From: Cycas panzhihuaensis
Lineage: Eukaryota > Plantae > Cycadophyta
Direction: 5' to 3'
DNA length: 64,000 nt
Assembly (NCBI GenBank): GCA_023213395.1
Contig: CM041465.1
Coordinates: 123,573,741 to 123,637,740 of the forward strand
The notes beneath the pieces were generated by a model that was not told the origin of the DNA, searched no databases, and saw only the letters and a program-made list of their open reading frames with translations. Below, piece after piece: positions 1-13,060 of the stretch (position 1 is the first letter of the stretch; the number at the start of each line of letters is the position of its first letter). The position numbers and the translations under genes were made by a program.

Positions 1-985
1 TAATCATTCACCCTCTGACCCTGATCTCTATATTCAGGTTAGAGATAATTTGATCATAATCATTATACTCTTTATGGACAACCTTGCTATCACTGGCAAT
101 GATATAGATGGAATTTCCTAGCTTCAATCAGAATTAAAGAATAACTTTGAGATGATTGACCTTGGGCTACTCTACTACTTCCTTGGAATTAAAGTTTGTA
201 AAGAACTAGGCCACATTCTCTTGAACCAAACTAAGTATGCCAATGAGCTCCTAGAAAGATTTAGGATAATAGAATATAAGCCAGTACCAATTCCCATAGA
301 GATAGGAACCAAGTTAAACCTGGATGATCAAGGAAAACCTTTTGATCCCACTTTGTACTAGCAGTTAGTTGGGAGCCTCATTTATCTCACTCACACTTGC
401 TTGGACATCTCATATGCTATAGGGATCTACTCTAGGTACATGACATAACCAAAAGCATCTCATTGGAAAGTAGCCACTAAGATCCTCAAATACATCCATG
501 GTACATATCAGTTTTGCCTTAAGTACAACAAGACTAAATCACCTATTCTAAAGGCACATACAGATGTTGATTGGGCTAGTTGCCAGGATACTTAGCATTC
601 AACTTCAGGTTATTGTTTTGATATAAACTCAACTATAAACCTAATGTTATCCGTTCCTCCACTAAAGCAAGATATAAAGTAGTTGTCCATGCTACAACGA
701 AGTTGATTTAGCTTAGAGGATTCTCTTCAAGCTTAGACTTCAACAATGTACACCTACCATCTTGTACTGTGACAATTAAAGTGTGTTGAAGATGACAAAG
801 AATTTTGTATTCCATGCTAGAACCAAGCACATTGAGGTCCATCATCACTTCATCTATGAGAATTTCTAGAATGGAAAAGTTGATCTTATCTACCGTCCTA
901 CTGAAAACCAGGTCACCGGTATCATCACCAAAGCACTTGGTAAACTAAAGTTTAAACAGTTTAGACATGACCTCAGTATCTGAAG
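1..985 (+). pseudogene. Ty1/Copia RT C-terminus and RNase H, degenerate
   Basis: Translations include FMDNLAITG (YVDDL equivalent), MIDLGLLYYFLGI, GHTDVDWAS, YCDN*SVLKM, FHARTKHIEVHHH and IITKALG, with many stops and frameshifts. Confidence 0.93.
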
Positions 986-1010
986 AAATGAAGTTGCTAT
1001 TAATGGAGGG

Positions 1011-1443
1011 TGTTGAAACTATCTAATACCACCTTCATTTCTTTATATCTTTATAATCTAATGTTCATATTATATATTAATGGACCCTTGATGTAATTAA
1101 ATCACATTTGGTATTGAGGTTGGGTTTGCCTCTTTTGTCATTAAGTCAACCTATCAAATTGTCATATAACATTGGTAGATGGCTATATATTATACCCCAT
1201 ACCTTTATACATTATATTGATTTGATGTTAATGTAAAAGCTCTACCCAAAAGAGAGCCTTACGGTATGATGAATTCACATGTAACTTTGCTAGTCACTTT
1301 GTTTTGTTTATTTGCATATTTTATTGATTATTTTAGTCATTTTGCTTGATATATATTGATCAATGCACATGTATTAAAGATTATAGTATTCTTATTATCC
1401 TCTGCGTGATATCATTTTATAGCTATATTTTCATTCTCACAAC
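1011..1443 (+). mobile_element. 3' LTR of the left-edge Copia (right end approximate)
   Basis: PPT TAATGGAGGG (1001-1010) is followed directly by TGTTG. The end was estimated from an ...CTCACAAC terminus-like sequence. Confidence 0.6.
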
Positions 1444-2879
1444 TTCATTGAGTGATCATATGATTTGCATAACTCCTTTCGCAGCTCCTTGAGTAACCCA
1501 CAATCGTACAAAGCTACTTCAACATGATCTTCTCTATGTGATGCTCAACAAATATATTTTTGTCTCTACTACATGATTTTCATAATCCCTATTGGGCCTT
1601 TGTTGTATGATCTCATACCTCTATTATCATGACTACCTTGTATAAGTAACATAATATCTCTAAATGAAGCCTCTATTTTATAAAAAAAATGATCCATAAA
1701 CACAATTTAGTTGAGTGATATAATCTGGTACTTCTACAAGAATTCCGTTGCATATGAGCTTGTATTTGACATCTTTGATTTCAACCTGCAATATGGGTGT
1801 GAGGTCGATTGAGTTTTAGAGGCAAATAGAAATAGAAACTAGGTATTTTTAATGGTGAATTTTATCGATTAATTTAGAATGGAGGATTTAGACAAAATTG
1901 TTCACTTTAACTCGTTACAGTTCATTATTCGTTTGATGAAACAACTATATATCATTGCTTAAATTAAGTCTAGATATGTGATCCTTTCACTAGAAGAATT
2001 AAACTGAAATTTCATAGCTCTATATGAGAGATTTAACCCTTTATATCTAAATTTATTTTGTCATTTTTTCAAATCTTGTATTTTTATTTTTATTTTTTAT
2101 AAAGTTTGAAAACTTTAGGTTACTAAAATTAGCATATCCATAGAATATTCTATTTTTGATAAAGGTCCCTACCCTAAAGCTTATCATTTCATCAGTTCTA
2201 ATCATTTTTTAAGCTTTTTAAGCCTATTTTTCCAATTAGTTTTAGGCAATTTTCTAATTTTTTAAGACTTTATTTCTATTTTTATTACTTAAAACATGAA
2301 TTTTAATATTTTAATCACAAAAAATATTTTTTTAAATTAAAATATTAAAAAAGATAAATACCCAAATCGAACAACCCAAGTACCAACCATATAAGGGGAA
2401 TGGTTAGGGCCCCTAAAGTTATCACTCCATACATGCTAGTGGACTTTCTCTAATCCTATGGATAATTAAGAAAGATATTAGTTGAGGTGGTATGTTGAGG
2501 TGTTATACTCTAAAACCTTAAAGTTTAGAGACTAGGATATACCCAAAGAGGATGAGCACCTTAGTTGTTAAGTGTGCCCTTAGATAAGGATCTGTCATTC
2601 AGGCCATAACTCTAGCATAGGTGGTTTAACATTATCAAGGGGGTTGGGTGAGCCTTGTATAGTACCTACGTACCTTCAAGTATATTAGGCCCCTGAGATA
2701 CCACTTATGAGCAGATACACCACCAAATAGAACCATCTCAACTACCATGGGCTATTAGGATTTGAGACATTGAAACATAGATCCTAGATTAATATACCAT
2801 TTTAGGTAAACAAGACACATATTTCAAACATCATGATACTTTAAATGATTATAGCTAATATAATTAAATTTTTTGGCAA

Positions 2880-3640
2880 TCATAATTTTTTGGCTTTGAA
2901 GAAATAAATCAAGAAAATATTAATAATAAGCAAGCATTAGCCTTATATTTCTAAAACAAGTCTTATGCTAGTTCATACTAGAGATCTTAATGATCCTTAA
3001 AATCTCATTCCTCTTGATCTAGATGCTGTAACTACCTTTGAAGAGTTTTATGAAGTTGCATTTTCCTTTTTACACTTGTCCTATGAGGATAATATCGATC
3101 AAAATATTAAACAAGCCCCTACCTCTACTTATGCTTAGAATATCATTTGTGCACTCTATAAGAGGAAGGATAATGCTAGGGTAGTGATGCTTAAAGCCTA
3201 AGTCTATTGCATTCCATTTATAGGATCAATTACATCTCATTTATCCTAAATCAAAGTGATCAAGAATTAATTAAAAGTTTTAAGTTAGCCACTAGATGAC
3301 AATGATTACATATCCTACATAATCAATGTTTTACCACCTAGATATAATTCCCTTATATCTAATATGTCACATACATATTGACTTACCACTCTTGACTTCA
3401 ATACATTTGAGGGTCTATTGCTCTAAGAAGAATGCATATATGTGCTTCATTTTCTATACCAATATTTATAGCCCATCATACAAGAAGATAATTACATCCA
3501 TAGTTGGCCCATCAGTTCAGTTCAATGAATTTGAACCAGTAGCCATACTAGTAGTGTTAACTTTGACCACTATATAATGCTCAAGTTGTTTGTCACCATT
3601 ATGGAAAACTTAGACATATTGCACCTAATTACAAAAAAAA
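2880..3640 (+). pseudogene. Copia gag relic (UBN2-type region plus decayed zinc knuckle)
   Basis: Reads YA*NIICALYKRKDNARVVMLKA...PLDDNDYISYIINVLPPRYNSLISNMS...DFNTFEGLLL*EE, then CHHYGKLRHIAPNY (decayed CCHC). Confidence 0.7.
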
Positions 3641-3989
3641 GAGAGCTGACATTTAACAACAATAAATGTTGAGTCTTCAAATGAATGTTGGATCATAAGC
3701 CATTATAATGATATAATCTACTACTAATATCTATATGAAAAGAACACCATCCACAAGACCACATGGTAATCAATCATTGTGACTATTAATTAGCTAGGAT
3801 GTTTCTTTCTGTACATGGTTCAATCAATTCCAAATCAACTTCATCTTAGGAATATGCCATCCTACGTGGTCAAATAAGTAAGGTGATAAAGAAATATGCA
3901 AGAGCACCTAAAAAGGAGTCCCACCTTTTACTTATATGGGATAATATAAGCAGCTTCTTTAGTTACAATGGTTGGAAATACATGGATTT

Positions 3990-4125
3990 AAGGCCTTACA
4001 AGGGTACTATAGCCTTAAATTATCACTATGGGCTAAAAATAATACGACTATGGGCTTACAACATGCCTCTATAGACTTTAATATGCCACTATAGGCTTAC
4101 AATGGCCTCTATAGGCTAAAAATGT
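3990..4125. repeat. Degenerate ~20-bp minisatellite
   Basis: About 6 units, e.g. GGCTTACAACATGCCTCTATA, GACTTTAATATGCCACTATA, GGCTTACAATGGCCTCTATA. Confidence 0.65.
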
Positions 4126-5984
4126 AACAATAAATGTCATTGCTCTAACTAAAAAATAAATATGAGTGAAATACAATATGAATGACTCTCTCAAATAATA
4201 ATTTTCAATGTAAAATGGGTTCTCTAGAGTTTAAAATGAGCCTTTATATAAGTACCCTATTTGCGGTACTTTATATCAATGAAATGTATAACAAATGACA
4301 TGGAACCTTAAAAAATACATGTATGTGCCTAAAAATATTAAAAAAATAAAGTTAAAAAAAAAAAACTTTCAATTAAAATTTCTACATCAAATCAACTCTA
4401 AATGTTGTTAAGTGACCTGCCAAATTGAAGATTTTTAGTTACAAATCTAACATAATTAATAAGACTAAAAACAAAGTCTCATAGCTCAAGTTATTCCCAA
4501 AAAACTAATGACGACTCTTTGATATCTAAAAATTAGGGGCTATGCCTCTTTCACTAATGAGTGGGTGGTCATATAGTACCTCCATGTGACCAAGTGCTAA
4601 AGGCTAAAGGGGCTAGGCAAATTTCAAATATCATACAATATAATTAAATTTATTTTTTATTTTGTAAAAATATTTAAATAAAATGAATGAAAAATCACGT
4701 ATGCTAAGTAAAAAATATACATAAAAAAATAAATTAAATGTTTTCATCTAATTTTTTTCCACCCTTAATAAGCTAGGGATTTGCTCATAATTTTTGTATT
4801 TTTATTTGTGTCGAATATATTGTTATTGGCTGCCATTATTGCTTCTACATTCTCTGTTACAAGTTGGAAAGCAGTATGATCTCTAATGGCAGGGAGTGAG
4901 CAGACAACGTTAAGTATGTAGAGAAATAAATCTTTTATGGTGCATTGTAGGTCAAATGCAAGTATCGATGAATGGTACAAGGATGATGATTGCAAGATGG
5001 TGAGCATGTTACTTTAGATATTTGGTCATGCTTCTACTACCATCTTCTCCTCTTCTTTAATTCTTGGCACCAACATACTATAAGCGTAAGGGTGATAGCT
5101 CTGTTGATGTGGCCACCATTAAGGATTTATTGATGGGAGATTTGAGGATTATAGATATGGTTTCTTCAGCCAAAAGAAAAGACACTAAAGAAAAAAACAT
5201 AAAAAACATCTATATAACAAAGGTTAGAGAAGCATCTAAAAGAAGATGAACCCTCTGCATGTAATGCTATAGCTTCCTTGACCTCTATAGAAAGGTATCA
5301 TGGTACCTAAGACTTTGGTTTCTGATCCTAGCTTTCAAACCCTGCCTTTTGGTATATTTGACTCACAATTATAAGAGAAGCATGTCAAACCATTTCAACT
5401 ATCATAGTTGATAACAGATTGTGATTAATGTAAATATTATTTATGCTCTAGTTCAATTACTATAAAGGCTCCCACATATGCTTCTTCTTTTGACCCTTTT
5501 TTTAAAGGCTCTCTCTCTCTTATTTTTTTGGTAACAAAGTATATAGAGCTTTTAATAGCCTCCAAAATATAATAATTTTTTTGCAAATATTTTAAGATGC
5601 AAATTTATGGTTGTATATATATTTTTCTTTTTCTAATTTTTTTACTATAAAAATAATATAAAGAGGCTATATATTTAAATACATCCTCACCAAACTGCTC
5701 AACTTTACAAATATGAAGTTATTTTTGACATTTGAATAGCTATAAGAAACTACTTTAACTATTGCGAGTAAAACCATTATCTGCTAACTGACATGTACGG
5801 AGATTGCTATATACCAACTACATATGCTCATTCTATGATAGAAAAGAAAACATTATATCTTCATAGATGTGAACTTTATCACAATAATTATGCATGTATA
5901 TATATTTGGTGTCATATGCATGTAAATTGCCCATTTCTTTTGCTACAAAATAGACTTGTGAGTAGGTTAAAAAGAGCCACTTCT

Positions 5985-6350
5985 TTTAAATCAAAGCACT
6001 GCAATAAACCTATTATAAAATACTTTATAAACTACTTCAAAAATAGTCTTTAAATAACTTTTAAACTTCTTTTGAAATAGGCTTTAAACAACCCTCTTCA
6101 TAGCTTTAAATAGCTTAAAAAATACTCCAAAATAGGCTTTAAAATAGCCTCTTAAAATGACTAGAAATAGTGATAAAATAACCTTAAATATATCTCAAAT
6201 GATAATGAAAATAGTCCTAAAAATATGCATAAAAATACAACAGTAAATAGCTTTAAATATCTTGAAAAAATCCTTCAAATGGATGAAAAATATGTCACTA
6301 GTTAGGCATAAAAATAGGTTCCTTAAATAGCTTGATAAGGATCTAAAAAT
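5985..6350. repeat. Degenerate 11-12-bp AAATAG-core repeat array next to a PBS
   Basis: Repeated AAAATAGCCT, AAATAGCTTT and AAATAGTC variants in the leader of a minus-strand LTR element. Confidence 0.55.
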
Positions 6351-6403
6351 TAAAAAAAATAAAATAAGTTTTAAAATGTTACCCTCAAAGATTCAAACCT
6401 TGG

Positions 6404-6415
6404 GCTTTGATACCA
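6404..6415 (-). promoter_or_regulatory. Primer-binding site (tRNA-iMet type) of a minus-strand LTR relic; LTR begins at 6416
   Basis: GCTTTGATACCA|TGTTA is the reverse complement of TAACA|TGGTATCAAAGC. Confidence 0.7.
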
Positions 6416-7487
6416 TGTTAGAAAGATAATATCTTATGAATACAAGAGATGAAATATATGATGAGTGAATAATAGAGTAATAAAGCACAAAAAATATGAA
6501 GTATATATAAGTTAACATAAAGAAATGGAAGAATGGATAAACCTCAAATTAGAATGAAGAATGATATACATACTTATAGTACAACTCACCACTTATGAGA
6601 GAACCCTCATTGGTTAATGTCGTGGGCTAGCTACCTTTCCTAAGTGGATGTTTCCCTAGTATACTATTAGGATTTTACCACATTATATCTGGTGTATATG
6701 TGATACGTTGGCTTTCTAATTTATTTATTATATTATCTCTAGTTTAAGAACTTGCATGTTAAATTTTAATTTCAATTGTTGTAACTAATTACAAAATAGT
6801 TTAGATCTTGGTGGCTGTTTCTGGTTATTGAGACCTAGTTTTCTCAACAACCTTGTGAAGTAATATATATTTATAGTACATGTCACTATATAAGTATCTA
6901 ATCATATACTAAGAACTACCTTGCCAATTAATAATTAAAAATATAAAGAAATATATGTATTATACACTTCTAATACATATAAGAGGGGAAAATACTAATC
7001 TATAAGACATAGATTAAATATTTTCTAACAATTAAAGTATATTTATTTAGCCAAGTAGTTCAACTTATTCTTGAAGCATATTATTTTTTGTTAATGAAGT
7101 TTATGAACCACATATGAGAAACACTTCTTAGTTAATTAGCAATTATAGTGGTTAGCTACCAATGCATATCGGTATATGGTTGTTGTTTTATATCGACATT
7201 AGTGATTTGGTATGTTGATAAGTTTGTTTTGTAGTTTACAATTAGAATATATGAAGTTTGTAAGAAGAGATTTCATATATCATGATAAGTTTATGTCATA
7301 TTTGATGATAATTTATAGGTGGTGATATGAGATGGTACGACATGACATTTGTTTGTAGGAGAACAAGTATATTAAAGACAAGTTTAATAGTTGATATTTA
7401 TAAATCATACAAGGATGAAGATGAGCAGGCAATTTAGCATGAAGATAAATACATTAAATGTTTTACAAATTAAACATTAAAGAGGAG

Positions 7488-7843
7488 TATTAGGGTATTA
7501 TTTTTTATAAAATCTAATATAATATTTAATTAGTAGATGAGTTATAATTAGTTAATATAAAGGTTCTTATATATGATTTGAGTAGTTGATGTATCGATGT
7601 GATTTTATTACTTGATGATGTACTTATTGAATATATATGAGGTAATGAATTTATAAATATAAACACCTAGTAAAAGTATAATTTGAGATAGAGCTAAGTT
7701 CCACCCTTCTCTCATGGTTTTTCTCATCAAGGGTTTTCTACGTATAAATCTAGTGTCTCATGATGATATCTTTTTTGTGTATGAATATTATTATATTGAT
7801 GTGTACATATATTATGTAATACATTTGATTCTTATCTTAAACA
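7488..7843 (+). mobile_element. Copia-type 3' LTR relic
   Basis: Preceded by PPT-like TTAAAGAGGAG; starts TATTAG (decayed TGTTAG) and ends AAACA. Contains GGTTTTT...GGGTTTTCTACGTATAAAT, a motif also seen in the 32295/38054 LTRs. Confidence 0.5.
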
Positions 7844-7997
7844 CCTCATTATGCATATTTTATTTATTATGTATTACAAGCTACATGTTAATACGAATGC
7901 TTCATAAAATCCTTTCTACTTGATTATATGACATGAATTGAATTCTATATAAGTTATTATTAAATTTTTAATAATATGTTCTAGTCTCTAGATGTCT

Positions 7998-8044
7998 TAT
8001 ATATATATATATATATATATAGATATATATATATATAGATATAG
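7998..8044. repeat. (TA)n microsatellite
   Basis: About 23 TA/GA units, directly visible. Confidence 0.95.
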
Positions 8045-9859
8045 TAATACATAAATTTTTCATGGTGATATTGAATGAACCTAACTACATTGGTATTTAG
8101 CTTAAACCCATGCTTAACATAACTAGGGATTTTAGTGTTATTATTTCTTTAGGGATATTAATTTATACTTCTGTATCTCTTACTAACTGGTTTTTCCTTA
8201 AATGTTTCATATTATGGGCCATCATTTTATTCCATTTGAAGATAAATATAATCTATGAAAGATAATGAAACCAATATTACTAACCTAGTTTTCACTAGTA
8301 AATGCCCACCTATTAATGATATTAATCTTACTCATCCATTATGAATCATTCATATTTCACTTTACTAAATTTACAATTTGACCATATCAATAACACATGG
8401 CATGGCAAATAAGCAAGATCATAGTGGATTATTAATGGGTTATCATTATCTTAAATATTTTTAGACCTAATATATGTTACATGATTGCCTATTGTTAAGT
8501 AAAATTAGTTTGCTAATACATGTGATAAGGGACCTTGGTAGTTAATGCTAGTTATTAAGTTTTGTATGTGGGCCACTTCGGTTTGCCAATAGAATTAGAG
8601 ATTATTTATTTGGTCAATGATATTCTTTGTAAGAGGCCTCTCATTTGTCTATGTAAGGTCAACCTAATAATAAAGTGAGGTGTTATGTATTATCATTTCT
8701 TGTAAGATTATACTTTTAATTCTCTTTTGGTGATATTTGGTGCTCCACATCCCGCTATGACATGAGAAAAAATATAAATGTTGTCACAAAACCCTACCCT
8801 ACTACCCTGCTACTACATGGAAAATAATAATTATAATTAGGGCTTCATTTTGTGTTCCCTAATGGGTTTAAGTTAGTCAAACAACAAATACAAATAATAG
8901 CTAGCAAGGGAGTGTTCTGTTAGTTGAAGTTATAGGAAAATTTCTTTGTAATCATATTCAAGTAAACCTATTATAAGGTATCTTCATCTATATTTCCTTT
9001 ATCTCCTAGTTAGGATCTAGTGGTGATTAATGCATGGACTCCATTAATATCACCCTTTATAATGTTTCAACTAGTCAAGTTCCATCACTCACTGTGGCTA
9101 TATGAAAATGATGTCTAAGTTTTATTTTTAAGTCTTTAGATTAGTCATCCCTTAAGAACTCATTAGTGAGCTCTAGGGCTTATCCTAGAAGCACTAGCTA
9201 TATGTGGATCTAAGTGGTGGTAATGAGGAAAGAGGTCATAATTCACTTGATCTTAATATGTAATTGGTTACCACTTCTCTATGCTTGGCCATCTTGAAGG
9301 AAGGATGGATCTAAGGATTAAGTCACTCACATATATATAATAGCAATGGAGAACAAAGAAGAGATTAGAATAATAGATGAAAGTAAAGCCTGGAGGTGAG
9401 AATGAATAATAACTCTCTCTATGAGATTTTATCTTTTATTATTGAGGGTGTATATTAGGGTTAAGTTTCTCCCACCTAATGACATGAACCTAAAATTACA
9501 TTCAAATGCACATAAAGTATAGTTTTCTAAGAGACTAATACTAACACTATATCCTAAGGTTATTTTATTAATCTACACAAATAATCTTGATATATTAAAC
9601 TCTTTCAATTTCTCCCTTAATGGTCAAAGGTCATTTTGAGGTAAACTAATATGTTCTATGAGGTTTTCATTTGAGCCTCTTATTATATTGAAATATCTAC
9701 TTGGAAACTTTTGTGGGAAACCCTCAAGGAGAAAAAAACCCATAGACTTATCTAAGCTAACGACTCTAGCTTATGCAGCTCTTTGAATATAGTTAGATAG
9801 TCAATCAGTATAATGAGTTTTACAACTGTAATCTATTGAATCTCTATATACCGTTTGAT

Positions 9860-10030
9860 CATCCCCCATGCCCTTTTAGGTTTTCACAAGTTCTATTTTT
9901 CTAAAACTAGTACAACCCTTATCCTTTTGTGCCTACATGGGATTTTCACAAATAGGATAGAGTAGGGATTTACTCTTATTCTTCCATGTCTACAAAGGGT
10001 TTTCACGATGAAATAGAGTATGATGATCTT
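9860..10030. repeat. About 3 degenerate ~56-bp tandem units in the Copia 3' UTR
   Basis: CTTAT..TT...TG.CTACA..GG.TTTTCAC.A...ATAGAGTA units recur. Confidence 0.55.
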
Positions 10031-10099
10031 ATTATCATCTCCTTTGATTAGTTAAAGATGGAGGGTCTAAGGCTGATCTACCTTCAGAACTATTCAAAC

Positions 10100-13060
10100 T
10101 TCATCTTTTGTAGTAATTTAGTAAAGATATTGACCACTTGATATGTTATGGAACAATACTCCAGTTGAATATACCATCATGAACTAGTTCTCAAATCCTG
10201 TGGACTTTTGTACTTATGTGTTTGGTATGGTTATGAAATATAGAATTTTTTACCATGTGGATTATTGATTGATTATCTACACAAAGGTTGGTAGGACTTG
10301 TTTGGGTGATATTTAATGTTTCTAATAATTTCCTAAGCTATATCACCTCCTTACTAATCTAAAAAATAACAATATATTTAGTTACAACAGTTGAAAGAGT
10401 GACTATCTTCTGCTATCTAAATCTCTATGATATCGGTGTTATTTCAAGAAATGTTATATACCCAGACATGGATCTTCCTATGTCTTTATCTCTTACAAAA
10501 CCTGAATCTGTGTATTCAGAAAGCTTAAACTCATTATTAGGTTCATATAATAAAGAAAATTTGTTAGTCATTGAAACGCTCTCCACGGGGCAATGATCCA
10601 ACGCCTAGCGGGAAGGACACAAAACCACAAGGCTAATAGGCTAAAGAACGAGGATCATACCTCGCGGGACGTCCGTCTTGGCCGAGGCAAGGTGCTGGTT
10701 GCTTCGGCGAGACCCTCCTACCCTTGGATGGCCGGAAGGGGAAAAGCGCCGCTACTTCTCAAGGCAATGAGAAAGCGGCGAAGGGGTAACCAACCAAACG
10801 TATCGCAGGTAAGATATGTGCAAGAGCGGCTAAAGGGGATCGGTCGAAGAATCTCGAGACACTATAGTGTGCAGTGTAGCAAAGAAAGCGTAGAGCAAAA
10901 AGCAAGTACAAAATAAATAGTTATTTCTTTTCCTTTTCCTTATATTTCTCTAACTACCAAAGCAAGCGTAAAGAAACGTAGAGCGAGAAGAAGGAGTATG
11001 AAGGGTGAGCGGAGAATACCGGATCGAGACGCAGTGTCCGTCCATGCTTCTTCCTCCGTCGTCCTCCTCGTATGCGACGTCGGTTGCAGCGGTGATGGGG
11101 ATCACTTACCTCCCGAAAGCAAATAAGCACTAGCTAAACCGAAATGACGAAAATAAAGCTCGAAGCGGCATACACAAAGGGAAAACGTGCCAAGCAAGTG
11201 TCGATGGGTCGACCTCATGCGTCCCCTCGCCCCGAGCGCTCCTGCGAGCAAATAAGCGGAATACCTGCCTCTCGAAAGAGAGGCTACGAGATGCCAATAG
11301 ATATATGTATATATGTTGCAAGTAAAGCGAACTAAGTTAAAAGATATGGCTAAATGCTAACATGCAATAAAAGAAGCAAAGTCACACGATAAGCATGCCA
11401 AGGTCGCATACCACAAAGCACCCCAAAAGGGGTTGAGTATAGCCTCGGGATGGCTAACTCACCCACGAGAGGTCTCCACAGGATGTAAGGGAAACGATGC
11501 TAGCATGCGACAAAAGATCATGGAGCAACGGGTAGCATATGCCAAGGTAAACACTCAACCGATTCTCCGAAGCCTCTCTAGCCCTACTTAAGCAAAAGCG
11601 GAAATAAAGGGGAGAGGAAAAGGGACGGAACCCTTGGGGAGTAGGACGGGACGGAACCCCGCTAATCTCCCTCAAACCCTCGTGTAACCCTTTATGCGGT
11701 TTGCCCAAGAAATGGCGAAAGAGAAGGATGGGAGAAGAAGGGTGAGTGGAAAAAAAGAATGGGAAACTAAGCCTATCCTCGGGTGACACTCTAATAAGCC
11801 ACAAATACTATGGTTCCTTGCATCAACCTATTAAGGGAAACCAAGAAAGTGCATATATAAAAGGAAGCAAAGAGTTGCAAGTGAAATAATACGAAAAAAA
11901 CAAGCAAAAACACCAAAGAAATGACACCAAATACCTCAAATGATGAAGGAGGAGTGCATGTGAGCACTTGGCAACTTGGAGCGGTCCAAGAGATGCCTAT
12001 GAAGCAACGTAGCATGTCCCTTGCAAGAGAGAGGAGTGGTGGAGCCTCATGCAAGAAAGTGAGATGGAAATGGTTCCTTGCAATGGTTTTCTTGGTGCAA
12101 AATCCTCTTGGAGGCCTTCAATACGTGTGAGGAGGAAGAGTGCTTGTATTGGAGCTCAATGGCCTGTATCCCAAATAGCAGCCCTTGGTGCCTCAGTCCC
12201 ACAATTGAAAGGTGTCTCTTGTTCTTGTTTGTTTGTCTTGTCTTTTTTGAAGAAAACTTGAGAGGAGAGTGAAGTAGAGAGTAGAAAAATTCATTCAATA
12301 ATGACCCTAATGAAGCAAATGAGTGAAAAAAGAGTTTTTATGTCTTGAGTGAAGCAAGTGAACGTTGGGGCCTCGCGCCTCAAAGAGCCAAAATCGCGCC
12401 ATCGTCACAGTGTTTTTTCAATTTACAAGAACTTTGTGGTACCGCTAAGTTTGCAGACAAATTGAATTTGAAAAAGAGAAAATGCAACCTAAAAGTCATA
12501 AAATCGACTTTTAAGGTAAGAACAAGTGAGCAAGAATTAAATCAATCGGGAAGGCGCAAGTACTCAAATGGTGCAAAGAGCCCCAACTAAGGGTTAAACC
12601 AGGCTTAGGAAGGGTTTGCAACATAAGCGGCACGCTGTAACAAGAGCAAACAGGCTGGCAGAAGCATCCCGAAAGACCATGGAGACGTCGTGGGTGGTTG
12701 TACGCCATACGGTGTCGCATTCGATGAATGCCCGTGAGTCGTCATAGGCTAAAAGGTGTTAGGCACATGCATTATGAACAAAACGAAAGCAATGCGTGCA
12801 GTGCATATGTCAATCAAATTATTCTAAATTACCTTAGCAATCATAAGTAAGAAAAGTAAGAACATATACCTGCACAAACCTGTGTCGATGCGTCCCGAGT
12901 CCATTCCCGATAGCCGGGAAACAGTCATATTTATATATCTTAACACTCGAATTACAGCCTGCCAATGATTCTGTTTTGGGTTTATCATAAAATGTATAAG
13001 AATATTGATAAAGTGTGCAATATTTGGTCTTGTGTTAGTATTAAATCTTTTTTTTTAGAA
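10100..13060 (-). pseudogene. Copia RT C-terminus and RNase H, split by the solo LTR
   Basis: TNTRPNIAHFINILIHFMINPKQNHWQAVIRVLRYI, then the solo LTR, then EYTDSGFVRDKDIRRSMSGY...CVDNQS...FHNHTKHI...QVVNIFTK. Confidence 0.85.
10572..12923 (-). mobile_element. Solo LTR (2352 bp), Tat-like Gypsy family
   Basis: TG...CA termini with perfect TSD GTCAT (10567-10571 and 12924-12928). Terminus CATTCCCGATAGCCGGGAAACA matches CATTCCCGGTAGCCGGGAAACA at the 43431 LTR end. CpG-rich relative to its flanks. Confidence 0.92.

Noticed and set aside
4765-5249. 80-aa and 61-aa ORFs as host genes
   Set aside because: No recognisable motif or exon structure; they probably belong to the interior of the LTR relic whose PBS is at 6404.
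8091-8790. Small LTR element suggested by TGGTATTTAGC and AAAGTGAGG-TGTTA
   Set aside because: I could not pair LTRs or find a TSD, and the sequence is too decayed to support a call.
10593-12720. Cluster of short ORFs in the GC-rich block
   Set aside because: They lie within the solo LTR, show no recognisable domains, and are expected by chance at higher GC.
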